From NCBI GenBank assembly GCA_965365185.1, contig CBDUAS010000001.1, positions 1 through 29,628 on the forward strand: a stretch of 29,628 nucleotides of DNA, read 5' to 3'. The notes below the pieces were generated by a model. That model saw only the letters and a list, made by a program, of their open reading frames with translations. It did not search any database and had not been told where the DNA came from. The stretch is from an uncultured bacterium. Lineage in GTDB: Bacteria > Acidobacteriota > UBA890. Positions within the stretch are counted from its first letter, which is position 1. Each line of letters begins with the position of its first letter. Positions 13,371 to 23,367 of the stretch are shown one piece after another. The position numbers were made by a program, and so were the translations under genes.

Positions 13371-16300
13371 ATGAGGCCGACTCGCACGTTCCTGACTCTT
13401 CTCGTTGTCGCGCTGATCGTTCTTCCGGCCGCGGGATCGCCGAGCGCCGCCGCGCTTGCTCCACAGGAGCGGCGCGACGCGGTCGATCGCGCACCTCTGC
13501 CGCTCGCCGGGAGCCGGACGTTCCGCCTGCAGACCGACGAGGGATCGTGGATCTCCCTCGACGTCAGCCCCGACGGCGAGCAGATCGTCTTCGACCTTCT
13601 CGGCGACCTTTACCTGCTGCCGTTTGCCGGCGGGCGCGCGGCGAGGATCACCTCCGGGATGGAGTTCGATTCACAACCGCGATTCTCGCCGGATGGCCGT
13701 AAGATACTGTTCGTCTCGGATGCTCAGGGTGGTGAGAACCTTCACGTCCTCGATCTCGACGAGCGCGACAGCGACGGTGAGTTCGAGGTCCGCGAGCTCA
13801 CCGAGGGCAAGAACAACTCCTACAGCTCTCCGGAGTGGACCCCGGACGGCGAATACGTCGTCGCCACCAAGTCGTTCGGTCGCCGCGGCAAGCTGTGGAT
13901 GTGGCACGTCGACGGGGGCTCCGGCATCCAGCTCATCGAGGAGCCGGCCAACGTCAAGACCATCGGCGCCGCCTTCGGCCCCGACGATCGCTACATCTGG
14001 TTCGCCCGGCGCAGTGGTGACTGGCAGTACAACGCTATCTTCCCCCAGTATCAGATCTACTACTACGATCGCGATACGGGCGAACAGGTGACCCGGACGT
14101 CGCGCTACGGCTCCGCCGTACGGCCAACACTCTCGCCCGACGGCGAGTACCTGGTGTACGCAACGCGCTTCGAGACCGAGACCGGCTTGCGGCTTCGTGA
14201 GCTCGACACCGGCGACGAGCGTTGGCTGATGTTCCCGGTGCAGCGCGACGACCAGGAGGCCATGGCCACGCGCGACGCGTTTCCGGGCATGTCGTTCACG
14301 CCGGATTCGCGCGAGGTGGTGACGACCTACGAAGGGAAGATCTGGCGCGTGCCGATCGACGGATCGGAGCCTTCGATCATCCCCTTCAGCGTCGACGAGC
14401 AGGTGGCGTACGGTCCGGAGGTGTTCTTCGAGTACCCGATCCCCGACGAGCCGACCTTTCAGGTGACACAGATCCGGGACGCCGTGCCCTCGCCGGACGG
14501 CAGCAAGCTGGCGTTCGTCGGGCTCGACCACGTCTACCTGATGGATTGGCCGGGCGGAACGCCGCGGCGGGTGAGCGAGGCGGGAGGAGACGTCATCGAG
14601 GCGCAGCCGGCCTGGTCGCCTGACGGGCAGTCGATCGCCTTCGTTACCTGGTCATTCGCCGCCGACGGCGCCGTCTACCGCGCCGACGCGGCCGGCGGCA
14701 GCCCGACGCGATTGACGACGCAGCCGGGCATTTACCAGAACCCGGTGTGGTCGCCCGACGGCGATCGTATCGTTGCCGTCCGCGGCCCGGCTCGGAACTT
14801 CGAGGACGCCACCGGCACGCGCGCCTTCGGCGCCGCGGTCGATCTGGTGTGGATTCCGGCGGAGGGTGGCGCGTGGAACCTGATCGCCCCGACCGAGGGA
14901 CGCACCAACCCGCACTTCGGTGAGGAGAGCGAACGCATCTACCTGAACCAGAGGGGCGAGGGGCTGATCTCGGTCCGCTGGGATGGCACCGATCAGAAGG
15001 CCCACGTGCAGGTGCGCGGGCGCGCCGCGCCCGGATCGGAAAACGCGCCCACCGCCGACTGGATCCGGATGGCGCCCGTCGGCAGCAGGGCGCTCGCGCA
15101 GGTCGGCCAGGACCTCTACGTGGTCACGGTGCCGCGGGTGGGTGGGGAAACGCCGACGGTGTCGGTGGCTGACCCCGATAGCGCCATCGTGCCCGTACGC
15201 CGCCTGACCGACATCGGCGGGCAGTTTCCCGCCTGGGGCCGAGACGGCACCACGGTGCACTGGTCGATCGGCAACGCTCACTTCGTCTACGACCTGGGGG
15301 CCGCCGAGGCGGCGGAAGCAGCCGCGGAAGCGGAGGCCGAGGCGGAGACGGACGCCGCGGCCGGAGCGGACGAAGAGCCGGACGCCGCGGGCGGGCGACA
15401 AGAGGGCGAGCGGGAGGAGGCCGAGGAAGACGAGCCTGTCTACCAGCCCTTCGAGCAGCGCATCGTCGTGAACGTCGCGCGCGACATTCCCTCCGGGGCC
15501 GTCGTGTTGCGCGGCGGCCGGGCCATCACCATGAACGGCGACGAGATCATCGATGACGCCGACATCGTCATCGAGAACAATCGAATTGTCGCCGTCGGGC
15601 GGCGAGGCGACGTCGATGTTCCGGCCGGGGCCGACGAGGTCGACATCTCGGGCAAGACGGTAATCCCCGGATTCGTCGACACCCACGCGCACATGTGGCC
15701 GGCCTGGGGGATTCACAAGAGCCAGGTGTGGATGTACCTGGCCAACCTGGCCTACGGCGTTACCACCACGCGGGACCCGCAAACTTCTACTACCGACGTG
15801 ATCACCTACGCGGACCGCGTGACCGCTGGCACCACGCTCGGCCCGCGGGTGTACTCCACGGGTCCGGGGGTTTTCTCCGGCGAGGGCATCCGCAATCAGG
15901 AGCACGCATCCGACGTGCTGCGCCGCTACAGCGACTACTACCGCACGCAGACCATCAAGATGTACATGGCCGGTAACCGCCAGCAGCGCCAGTGGATCAT
16001 CACGGCCGCGCGCGAGCAGAAGCTGATGCCGACCACCGAGGGTGGTCTTGACTTCAAGTACAACCTCGAGATGCTGCTCGACGGCTATCCGGGGCAGGAG
16101 CACTCCTTCCCGATCACACCGCTGTACCAGGACGTGGTCGAGTTCGTTGCTCACACCGGCATGTACTACACGCCGACGCTGCTGGTGGCGTACGGTGGCC
16201 CCTGGGCGGAGAACTACTTCTTTTCGAAAGAGAACCCGTACCACGACGAGAAACTGCAGCGCTTCACCCCCTACGAGGAGCTGGCGTCCAAGGCGCGACG

Positions 16301-16754
16301 ACGCGGCGCCGGCTGGTTCATGGACGAGGAGTACAACTTTCCGCGCCTTGCGAAGGTGGTTGCCGACATCGTCAACGCCGGCGGCAAGGCCGGCGTCGGT
16401 AGCCACGGCCAGCTCCAGGGGCTGGGGTACCACTGGGAGCTGTGGGCGATGCAATCAGGAGGGCTCACCGAGCACCAGGCGTTGCGCGTGGCGACCCTTT
16501 ACGGCGCCGAAGCGATCGGCGTGCAGGCCGACCTCGGCTCCATCGAGGCCGGAAAGCTCGCCGACCTGGTGATCTTCGAGCAGGATCCGCTGGAAGACAT
16601 CCGCAACACGAATACCATCCAGATGGTGATGAAGAACGGTCGCCTCTACGACGGCAACACGCTGGACGAGCTCTGGCCTCGTCAGCGTGAGCTGGGCCCG
16701 GTTTACGGCCTCGGCGATCGGCCGATCAGGATGGGCTCCGACCAGGATCGCTGA
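13371..16754 (+). CDS. Secreted amidohydrolase with N-terminal PD40/TolB-like beta-propellers
   Basis: Signal peptide and PD40 repeats (DVSPDGEQIVF, PRFSPDGRKILF, PEWTPDG, PTLSPDG, PSPDGSKLAF, PAWSPDG, PVWSPDG). Amidohydrolase motifs: PGFVDTHAH, GSHGQLQG and GSIEAGKLADLVI. Confidence 0.9.
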   Translation: MRPTRTFLTLLVVALIVLPAAGSPSAAALAPQERRDAVDRAPLPLAGSRTFRLQTDEGSWISLDVSPDGEQIVFDLLGDLYLLPFAGGRAARITSGMEFDSQPRFSPDGRKILFVSDAQGGENLHVLDLDERDSDGEFEVRELTEGKNNSYSSPEWTPDGEYVVATKSFGRRGKLWMWHVDGGSGIQLIEEPANVKTIGAAFGPDDRYIWFARRSGDWQYNAIFPQYQIYYYDRDTGEQVTRTSRYGSAVRPTLSPDGEYLVYATRFETETGLRLRELDTGDERWLMFPVQRDDQEAMATRDAFPGMSFTPDSREVVTTYEGKIWRVPIDGSEPSIIPFSVDEQVAYGPEVFFEYPIPDEPTFQVTQIRDAVPSPDGSKLAFVGLDHVYLMDWPGGTPRRVSEAGGDVIEAQPAWSPDGQSIAFVTWSFAADGAVYRADAAGGSPTRLTTQPGIYQNPVWSPDGDRIVAVRGPARNFEDATGTRAFGAAVDLVWIPAEGGAWNLIAPTEGRTNPHFGEESERIYLNQRGEGLISVRWDGTDQKAHVQVRGRAAPGSENAPTADWIRMAPVGSRALAQVGQDLYVVTVPRVGGETPTVSVADPDSAIVPVRRLTDIGGQFPAWGRDGTTVHWSIGNAHFVYDLGAAEAAEAAAEAEAEAETDAAAGADEEPDAAGGRQEGEREEAEEDEPVYQPFEQRIVVNVARDIPSGAVVLRGGRAITMNGDEIIDDADIVIENNRIVAVGRRGDVDVPAGADEVDISGKTVIPGFVDTHAHMWPAWGIHKSQVWMYLANLAYGVTTTRDPQTSTTDVITYADRVTAGTTLGPRVYSTGPGVFSGEGIRNQEHASDVLRRYSDYYRTQTIKMYMAGNRQQRQWIITAAREQKLMPTTEGGLDFKYNLEMLLDGYPGQEHSFPITPLYQDVVEFVAHTGMYYTPTLLVAYGGPWAENYFFSKENPYHDEKLQRFTPYEELASKARRRGAGWFMDEEYNFPRLAKVVADIVNAGGKAGVGSHGQLQGLGYHWELWAMQSGGLTEHQALRVATLYGAEAIGVQADLGSIEAGKLADLVIFEQDPLEDIRNTNTIQMVMKNGRLYDGNTLDELWPRQRELGPVYGLGDRPIRMGSDQDR

Positions 16755-17440
16755 TGTCTACGGGGATACTCGGCGCGGTGGTGAGGCCGGCGGGATTGCG
16801 GCTCGGCCTCGTGAGCCTGCTCGCCGGAGCGGTTCTCGCTTGTGGGCCATCGCTCCCGACGGGCGAGGTGACGCGGGTCGACGACCGGGCGATCGAGTTT
16901 CCCGCCACCGTCAGCGTCGCGGCCTTCGATGGCGACTTCGAGATGGCCGGGTATCACTTCCTCGTCTGGTCGGACGGCCGCTCCGCCGACCGGGCGCTGC
17001 TCCGAGCGCATGTCAGCGACACGGAAGTGCTCGACGCTCTCGAGGCCCTCGGCGCCGTCCCCGGCGACGCCGTCGACATCGATGCCTGGGACGATCGCCA
17101 CGATGTGAATTCCGGCGCCCCCGATGCGGTCATCGAGGGCCCACGCGTCCGCATCACGGTCACGATTCCCGGCCGCCAGCGGCCGCTGACGCTCGAGGAC
17201 ATTCTCCTGGATCCCGGCGGCCGCGGTTTCGACATGCGCTTCGGCGGCCACCGCGCCAACATCGCCGAGTGGCTCTCCGGCTGCGTCGTTTGCCTCTATT
17301 CATGCCCCGGAAGCAAGGTGGGCAACGCCGCATACACCGTCCGCGATCACGTCGACGAAGCCACCCGTTTCAGCGTCCGCCCGAACGTGCTGCCGCCGGA
17401 CGGAACCGAAGTCGTGGTTCGGATCTCCCTGCTCCCGTAG
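16754..17440 (+). CDS. YdjY-family putative lipoprotein with CxxCxxxCP motif
   Basis: Lipobox-like VLA-C. The segments DMRFGG, SGCVVCLYSCPGSKVGNAAYT and VLPPDGT resemble E. coli YdjY as I recall it. TGATG overlap with the amidohydrolase. Confidence 0.72.
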   Translation: MSTGILGAVVRPAGLRLGLVSLLAGAVLACGPSLPTGEVTRVDDRAIEFPATVSVAAFDGDFEMAGYHFLVWSDGRSADRALLRAHVSDTEVLDALEALGAVPGDAVDIDAWDDRHDVNSGAPDAVIEGPRVRITVTIPGRQRPLTLEDILLDPGGRGFDMRFGGHRANIAEWLSGCVVCLYSCPGSKVGNAAYTVRDHVDEATRFSVRPNVLPPDGTEVVVRISLLP

Positions 17441-17462
17441 CCGCCTCGCGCCCGCTGCAAGG

Positions 17463-17999
17463 TCAGGCGGGCAGACCCTCCTGCCGCGCCGCGCTCGCCG
17501 CGCCGACCATCCCCCAGCCGTCGAAGATGAAGTGGATTCCCACCAGCGTACCGATGACCCATGCACTGGAGTTCGGCCAGCCGCTGTAAATCATGATGCC
17601 TAGCAGCAGGCCGAGGACCCCGCCGAGAATGATCAACCCGGAGCCCGGCGCGGGGCGCAACAAAAAGCCGAGGATGGTGCGCATGATGCCGCTGACGATC
17701 ATCCAGATGGCCAGGATCAGCGTCAGCGTAACGGCGCCGCGGAGCGGGAAGAAGGCGATGTAGAAGCCTGCGATCGCCGTCAATCCGCCGATCACCAGCT
17801 CCCACAGAAAGCCTCCCCAACCCTGGGAAGAGAACGCGTGGACAACCTCGGCAACGCCGATGAACACCAACATCCAGCCGAGAAAGATGCTCATCGTTAC
17901 CGTCGCCAGCAGCGGCGTGGCAATAGCGATGAAACCGACGATGATCATCAAGATGCCGAGAGCCGTGAACAGGCCCGGACTCGCAGCTTTGTCCGCCAT
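17463..17999 (-). CDS. HdeD/DUF308 family acid-resistance membrane protein
   Basis: Six hydrophobic helices in the DUF308 repeat pattern (GILMIIVGFIAIATP...LGWMLVFIG; P..GAVTLTLILAIW; WPNSSAWVIGTLVGIHFIFDG). SD AAGGAGG. Confidence 0.88.
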   Translation of the reverse strand: MADKAASPGLFTALGILMIIVGFIAIATPLLATVTMSIFLGWMLVFIGVAEVVHAFSSQGWGGFLWELVIGGLTAIAGFYIAFFPLRGAVTLTLILAIWMIVSGIMRTILGFLLRPAPGSGLIILGGVLGLLLGIMIYSGWPNSSAWVIGTLVGIHFIFDGWGMVGAASAARQEGLPA

Positions 18000-18240
18000 C
18001 AGGGAGCCTCCTTGTGCCGGTGGACGAAACGCCCCTGTTGGTACACGAAAGCTCCCGTCGAAGTCAACTGAAACTGCGCCTGCGGCGAAGTCTGCCGAAG
18101 GCCTCTAGCCAAGGTCAAGCGGGCGCGAGGCGGGCCGGGGACAAGGCGCGCGCCGAGAGCCCGACCGCAGGCGTACACATGGCGTACGTCGGAGGGAGGG
18201 CGAGCAAGCGCAACGCCGTACCCGGCCCGCCCCGCGCCCG

Positions 18241-19749
18241 CTACAGATAGGGGGAGAAGAGCCGGGCCACGCCATCCCGCAACTTGATCGGCAGCGGCCG
18301 GGCGTTGAGCTCCTCGAGGGTTATCGGCCGGGAATCCGCCATCTTGGCGTCAATGAGCTCGCCGATCGAAGCTGCCAGCTCTCGGTCGTAGCACTCGACG
18401 TTGTGCTCGAAATTCAGCCGCAAGCTACGGGCATCCCAGTTGGCGGAGCCGACGAAAGCCCACTCTTCGTCCACGAGCATGAGCTTGGAGTGGTCGAACG
18501 GCGGCGGCGACAGGTAGACCTCACAGCCGTTGACGAGCACCTGCCAGAGTTGCGCCGTCGAGGCCCACTGCACGAAGCGCAGATTGCCGACGGCAGGGAT
18601 GACGATCTGCACCGAGACGCCGCGCATGGCGGCGAGGCCGAGTCCGGCAATCAGCGGCCGATCGGGGATGAAGTACGGCGTGGTGAGGCGCACGGAACGC
18701 TCCGCAGCGGCGAGCGCGCCGAGGAAGGACCACGGAATCGTCTCGAAGTTCTCGTCCGGGCCGTCGGCGACCCCACGCGCTTCGACTGGCCCGGCGTCTG
18801 CCAGCCGGGGAAACCACATCTCTCCCTCCAGCGCCTCGCCGGTGGTGAACTCCCAGTCGAGGGCGAAATCCTCCATCATGTGGCGCACGACCGGTCCTTC
18901 AAAGCGGAAGTGCGTGTCCCGCACGGGATGGACAGGCTGCAGTTCCAGCATGCAGCCCTCGCGGATGTTGAGCCCGCCGGTGAAGCCGACCCTCCCGTCG
19001 ACCACCAGGATCTTGCGGTGGTTTCGCAGGTTGATGTACGGGTTGCGCACGGGAGATATCGACTTGAGAAACTTCGCCGCCGGCACGCTGTTGGCCTCGA
19101 GCAATCCGGTGATGCGCGGGCGACTGTAGCGAGCCCCGACACCGTCGATGAGGACGCGCACCTCGACGCCGCGTTGCATTGCCGCCGTCAGCGCCTCGAC
19201 GAACCGGGTCCCCACACGGTCGTGGTCGAAGATGTACGTGCACAGGACGATCGATCGCCGGGCGCTCTCGATTGCCTCGAGCATTGCCGGGTAGCCTTCG
19301 TCACCGTTCACCAGCGGCGTGACCGCATTGCCAGCGGTAAGCTCCCGCCCGCTCACGGTGCCGATGAAGCGCCGCAGCGCGGCCAATCCGTACGGCCCGG
19401 CGCCGAGCCCCTCGGGTTCGATCGGCGTCACGACGCGCTTCGGAATCATGATGCCGATGTCCGGCAGCTCGTCAGGACTCGGGCCGTCGGCGCGCAGCTT
19501 GGTTGCGCGTCGCGCAATCCGGTTGATCCCGAAGACCGCGTACAATCCCGCGCCGACGATCGGAGAAAGCCAGATGAGACCGGCCCAGGCGATGGCCGCG
19601 CGTACCTCTCGCTTGTGCAATACGGCGTGGGCCGAGGCGACGATGGCGGTGCCGATATACAGCACCGTAAAGACGTAGGGCCAGCTCCAGGCGAGGAGCT
19701 CGTAGATGCCGCGCAGCGACTCGGAATTGCCGATGAGCCGTTCGATCAT
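18241..19749 (-). CDS. cls: Cardiolipin synthase (phospholipase D family, ClsA-like)
   Basis: Two N-terminal TM helices (AWAGLIWLSPIVGAGLYAVFG), two HKD motifs (NHRKILVVDG, DHSKLMLVD), and GSANWDARSLRLNFE. Confidence 0.92.
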   Translation of the reverse strand: MIERLIGNSESLRGIYELLAWSWPYVFTVLYIGTAIVASAHAVLHKREVRAAIAWAGLIWLSPIVGAGLYAVFGINRIARRATKLRADGPSPDELPDIGIMIPKRVVTPIEPEGLGAGPYGLAALRRFIGTVSGRELTAGNAVTPLVNGDEGYPAMLEAIESARRSIVLCTYIFDHDRVGTRFVEALTAAMQRGVEVRVLIDGVGARYSRPRITGLLEANSVPAAKFLKSISPVRNPYINLRNHRKILVVDGRVGFTGGLNIREGCMLELQPVHPVRDTHFRFEGPVVRHMMEDFALDWEFTTGEALEGEMWFPRLADAGPVEARGVADGPDENFETIPWSFLGALAAAERSVRLTTPYFIPDRPLIAGLGLAAMRGVSVQIVIPAVGNLRFVQWASTAQLWQVLVNGCEVYLSPPPFDHSKLMLVDEEWAFVGSANWDARSLRLNFEHNVECYDRELAASIGELIDAKMADSRPITLEELNARPLPIKLRDGVARLFSPYL

Positions 19750-19762
19750 CCGCCGGAGCTGC

Positions 19763-20350
19763 TCAAACCGAGGACGCCGCTTCCGGCACCCGGGGGCGAT
19801 ACACCAGCAGCAGGCAGGCGAACCCGGGAAAGAAGGCGACGAACCAGGAGGCGAGATTTACCGCGTAGTTCGGGTCGCGCGTCGATCCGCCGAGCCAGAT
19901 ATCGGAGATCGCCCAAAAGGCGACGCCCGACAACAAAGCCGCCGCTGCGCCGCGCGCCAACGTCGGTTCGAGGCCCTCGGTTGCGCCCCGCGCCGAACGA
20001 TGGACGAACGCGGTGAGCATCCAAACCCACATCCAGGCGACGAACATCGCCGCCCATCCGAGGACGCCGAAGAGTGCGTAGAACGTCGCCGCTCCGAGGA
20101 GCCCGACGAAGAGCTCGGCGGTTGCCGCCCGCAGCACGGTTGCCGCCGTGTTGCACTCGGGCCGCGCCCGCGCCGCCAGGACGCCGAGCACGACGCCGAG
20201 CAGCATGAACAACAAGGCGCCGTGAACGAGGCCGAAAACGGCGCGGTGTGTCGGGATCCAGAGCGCCCAGACCAAGTCAGCCAGCGTGCTGACGACGGCG
20301 AGGGCAATTGCCGCGGCGGCGGCCGCCGTCCACCCGGAGATTCTACGCAT
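19763..20350 (-). CDS. Hypothetical multi-pass membrane protein, probably co-transcribed with cls
   Basis: About 6 hydrophobic helices; the stop is 13 nt before the cls ATG. ATG 20350 is preferred because GATACT-N6-ATG suggests a leaderless start. Confidence 0.7.
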   Translation of the reverse strand: MRRISGWTAAAAAAIALAVVSTLADLVWALWIPTHRAVFGLVHGALLFMLLGVVLGVLAARARPECNTAATVLRAATAELFVGLLGAATFYALFGVLGWAAMFVAWMWVWMLTAFVHRSARGATEGLEPTLARGAAAALLSGVAFWAISDIWLGGSTRDPNYAVNLASWFVAFFPGFACLLLVYRPRVPEAASSV

Positions 20351-20432
20351 GGCCCAAGTATCGCCGGTGTGGCTATCGATCGCCATATGATGGGATCATC
20401 CGCGGTGTCCCGCACCCGAACCGGAGGTATCG

Positions 20433-23315
20433 ATGATCAGCACGCATGCCGGATCCCGCTCGACGCGAAGCGTCGCGCCGTCTCTTCTCGGCGTTTGTTT
20501 CCTGCTGTTGGTGCTCACTGCCCCGCTACCGGGGGTGGCTCACCAGGGCGACGGGCAGGGACCGGCCGGCGAGCCCAAGGTCCTGAACCTGGAGGACTAC
20601 CCTCGCTGGAGCCGCGTCGGCAACGTGGCGCTGTCGCCGAATGGTGTATGGATGGCGTACAGCTACGACCCGCTCGAGGGTGACAACACGCTCTACTTCC
20701 GGAACCTCGATACCGGGACGGTCCACGAAATGGCGCGTGGCTCCGGTCCGCGTTTCTCGGACGACTCGCGCTGGGCGGCGTTCATGGTCAGCCCGGAATC
20801 GGGAAACGGTGGTGGTGGTGGCGGTCGGGGCGGCGGTGGCCAGCGCGGCGGTCGCGGGGAAGGTGGGCAGAACGGTGCGCGCGAGGCGGCGATCATGAAC
20901 CTCGCCACCGGCGAAACGACCTCCGTTGCGGATGCGGCCAGCTTCACCTTTTCCGAAGACGGGCGCTTCTTTGCGGTCAAGCGGCGCAAGGCCGACCGCG
21001 AGGCCGAGCACGAAGGCACCGATCTGACGTTGCGCGAGATGGATTCCGGTTTGGTGCAGAACTTCGGGAACGTCGACGAATTCGCCTTCAGCGAGCAGTC
21101 CGATGCGCTTGCATACACGGTCGATGCCGCTGACGGTACGGGCAACGGCGTATACGTCATGGACCTCGAGAATCGCATGTTGCGGCCGCTCGACACGTCG
21201 ACCCAACGATACGCGCGCCTTGCCTGGAAGGAGGACGGCCAAGCGCTGGCGGTGCTGCGCGGTCAGACCGACGACGGAAACGTGCAGCGGACGAACATCC
21301 TCATCGCCTTCGTGCATGACGGTGACGATATGGCCCGAACGGATTTCGATCCCGCGGCTTCGGCAGACTTCCCCGAAGGTATGGTGCTGAGCGAGTTGCG
21401 GGCGCTCGAATGGAGCGACGACGGCTCCCGCATCTTCGTCGGCATCAAGGAGCAGGAGCAGGAGGCCGACGACGACGCGGAAGATGAGGAAGACGTCGCC
21501 AACGTCGACGTTTGGCACTGGCGCGACGAGCGCGTGCAGTCGGTGCAGCAGGTGCGCGCGAACCGTGATCGGCAGGCGACCTTCACCTCCGTGGTCCACC
21601 TGCCGGACCGCAGGTTCGTACAGCTCACCGATGAAGCCATGCCGACGATCGCCCTGGCCGAGGACGGAACGTTCGGCATCGGCCGGCTCGACAAGCCCTA
21701 TCGCTACGACGTGACCTGGGGCGGCAGCAGGGCGGACTATTACCGCGTCGATACCGACAGCGGCGAGCGGCAGCTCGTGGTCGAGGGATTGGGACGCCCG
21801 ATGGGCCTGTCGCCCGACGGGCGCTGGTACCTCTACCTGCAGAAGGAGCGGCTGCTGCTCGAGGACGTCGACACCGGCGACGTCACCGACTTCACGGACC
21901 TGTCGGGCGTCGATTTCGTGAACCGACAAGACGATCACCCCTACGAGCTACCGGCCTACGGGCTGATGGGATGGAGCGAAGACGGCGACTGGGTCTTCCT
22001 CAACCATCGCTACGACCTGTGGGCGCTGCCCCTTCCCGGAAACGACGAAGGTGCGCGGAACCTGACCACCGGCCTCGGCGATCGCGAACGCATCCGCTTT
22101 CGCTACGTCAATCTGGATGCTGCCGGGGGTGGGGGCGGCCGCGGCGGCTTCGGCGGTGGCGGCCCGGTCGAGGTTGACCTGACCGAACCCATGCTGTTGT
22201 CGGCCTATGGCGATCGCACCAAGAAGTCGGGCTACTACAGCCTCACGTTCGGTGAGCAACCGCGGCCCCTCGCCTTCGAGGACAAGTCGATCGGCTCGCT
22301 GCGCAAAGCCGCCGACGCCGACCGCATCATCTTTACCGAGCAGACTTTCGTCGAGTTCCCGGACTACTGGGTGGCCGACGAGCTCTCCGCAAAAGCCTTT
22401 GCCGCTGCCGTTCGTGTCACTGATGCCAATCCACAGCAGGCGGAGTACGCCTGGTCACCGGGGTCCGTGCTGATCGATTACACGGACGAGCGCGGCAACG
22501 AGCTGCAGGCGACGCTGTCGCTTCCGGCCGGCTACCAGGAAGGCGAGAGGTACCCGATGCTGGTGTACTTCTACGAGCTCATGTCGCAAAACCACCACCG
22601 TTACTCGATGCCGGCGTACGACGATCGGCCACATTTCTCGACGTACACGAGCAACGGTTATCTCGTGCTCCGCCCCGACATCGTCTACACGGAGGGCCGC
22701 CCCGGGACCTCGGCGCTTGACGACCTCACCAGCTCCGTACAGACGGTCATCGACCTGGGCTATGCCGACCCGGACCGCATCGGGCTGCAAGGACATAGCT
22801 GGGGCGGCTACCAGTCGTCGTTCGTACTCACGCAGACGGACATCTTCGCCGCCGTGGTCACGGGCGCACCGGTCACCAACCTGACGAGCTTCTACGGTGA
22901 GCTGTACAAGAGCTCGGGCAACCCGCAGCAGGGGATCATGGAGCGAGGTCAGGTGCGCATGGGCGTCTCGCCTTACGAGGATTGGGGTCTGTACGTGAGT
23001 CAATCCCCGGTTCACCAGGCGGAAAACATCACCACGCCGTTCCTGATACTGCACGGCACCGAGGACGGCGCCGTTGACTGGCACCAGGGCCTCGAGTACT
23101 ACAACGCCGCCCGCCGACTGGGCAAAGAGGTGATCCTGCTGTCGTACCCCGGCGAGGGGCACCATCTTTCGAAGCGCGCCAATCAGAAGGACTTCCAGAT
23201 CCGCATGAAGCAGTTCTTCGACCACTATCTGATGGGCAAGCCGGCACCGGACTGGATGCTCGAGGGCGTGCCGTTTCTGAAAAAGTCCGGTGGCACGGGT
23301 TCGGATCGACGGTGA
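20433..23315 (+). CDS. Secreted S9 (prolyl oligopeptidase-family) peptidase
   Basis: Signal peptide and an N-terminal propeller. Catalytic triad motifs GLQGHSWGGY (Ser), LHGTEDGAVD (Asp) and EGHHL (His). SD GGAGG. Confidence 0.92.
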   Translation: MISTHAGSRSTRSVAPSLLGVCFLLLVLTAPLPGVAHQGDGQGPAGEPKVLNLEDYPRWSRVGNVALSPNGVWMAYSYDPLEGDNTLYFRNLDTGTVHEMARGSGPRFSDDSRWAAFMVSPESGNGGGGGGRGGGGQRGGRGEGGQNGAREAAIMNLATGETTSVADAASFTFSEDGRFFAVKRRKADREAEHEGTDLTLREMDSGLVQNFGNVDEFAFSEQSDALAYTVDAADGTGNGVYVMDLENRMLRPLDTSTQRYARLAWKEDGQALAVLRGQTDDGNVQRTNILIAFVHDGDDMARTDFDPAASADFPEGMVLSELRALEWSDDGSRIFVGIKEQEQEADDDAEDEEDVANVDVWHWRDERVQSVQQVRANRDRQATFTSVVHLPDRRFVQLTDEAMPTIALAEDGTFGIGRLDKPYRYDVTWGGSRADYYRVDTDSGERQLVVEGLGRPMGLSPDGRWYLYLQKERLLLEDVDTGDVTDFTDLSGVDFVNRQDDHPYELPAYGLMGWSEDGDWVFLNHRYDLWALPLPGNDEGARNLTTGLGDRERIRFRYVNLDAAGGGGGRGGFGGGGPVEVDLTEPMLLSAYGDRTKKSGYYSLTFGEQPRPLAFEDKSIGSLRKAADADRIIFTEQTFVEFPDYWVADELSAKAFAAAVRVTDANPQQAEYAWSPGSVLIDYTDERGNELQATLSLPAGYQEGERYPMLVYFYELMSQNHHRYSMPAYDDRPHFSTYTSNGYLVLRPDIVYTEGRPGTSALDDLTSSVQTVIDLGYADPDRIGLQGHSWGGYQSSFVLTQTDIFAAVVTGAPVTNLTSFYGELYKSSGNPQQGIMERGQVRMGVSPYEDWGLYVSQSPVHQAENITTPFLILHGTEDGAVDWHQGLEYYNAARRLGKEVILLSYPGEGHHLSKRANQKDFQIRMKQFFDHYLMGKPAPDWMLEGVPFLKKSGGTGSDRR

Positions 23316-23367
23316 CCGGCTCGAGCCGGACGTGCAAGACGAGCCGCGCCCGGTTAGCGTTTCATGG

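Noticed and set aside
13217-13702. ORF translating the 24-bp array as DRDRPS repeats
   Set aside because: It has no SD, overlaps the amidohydrolase out of frame, and is low-complexity. The array is better explained as non-coding.
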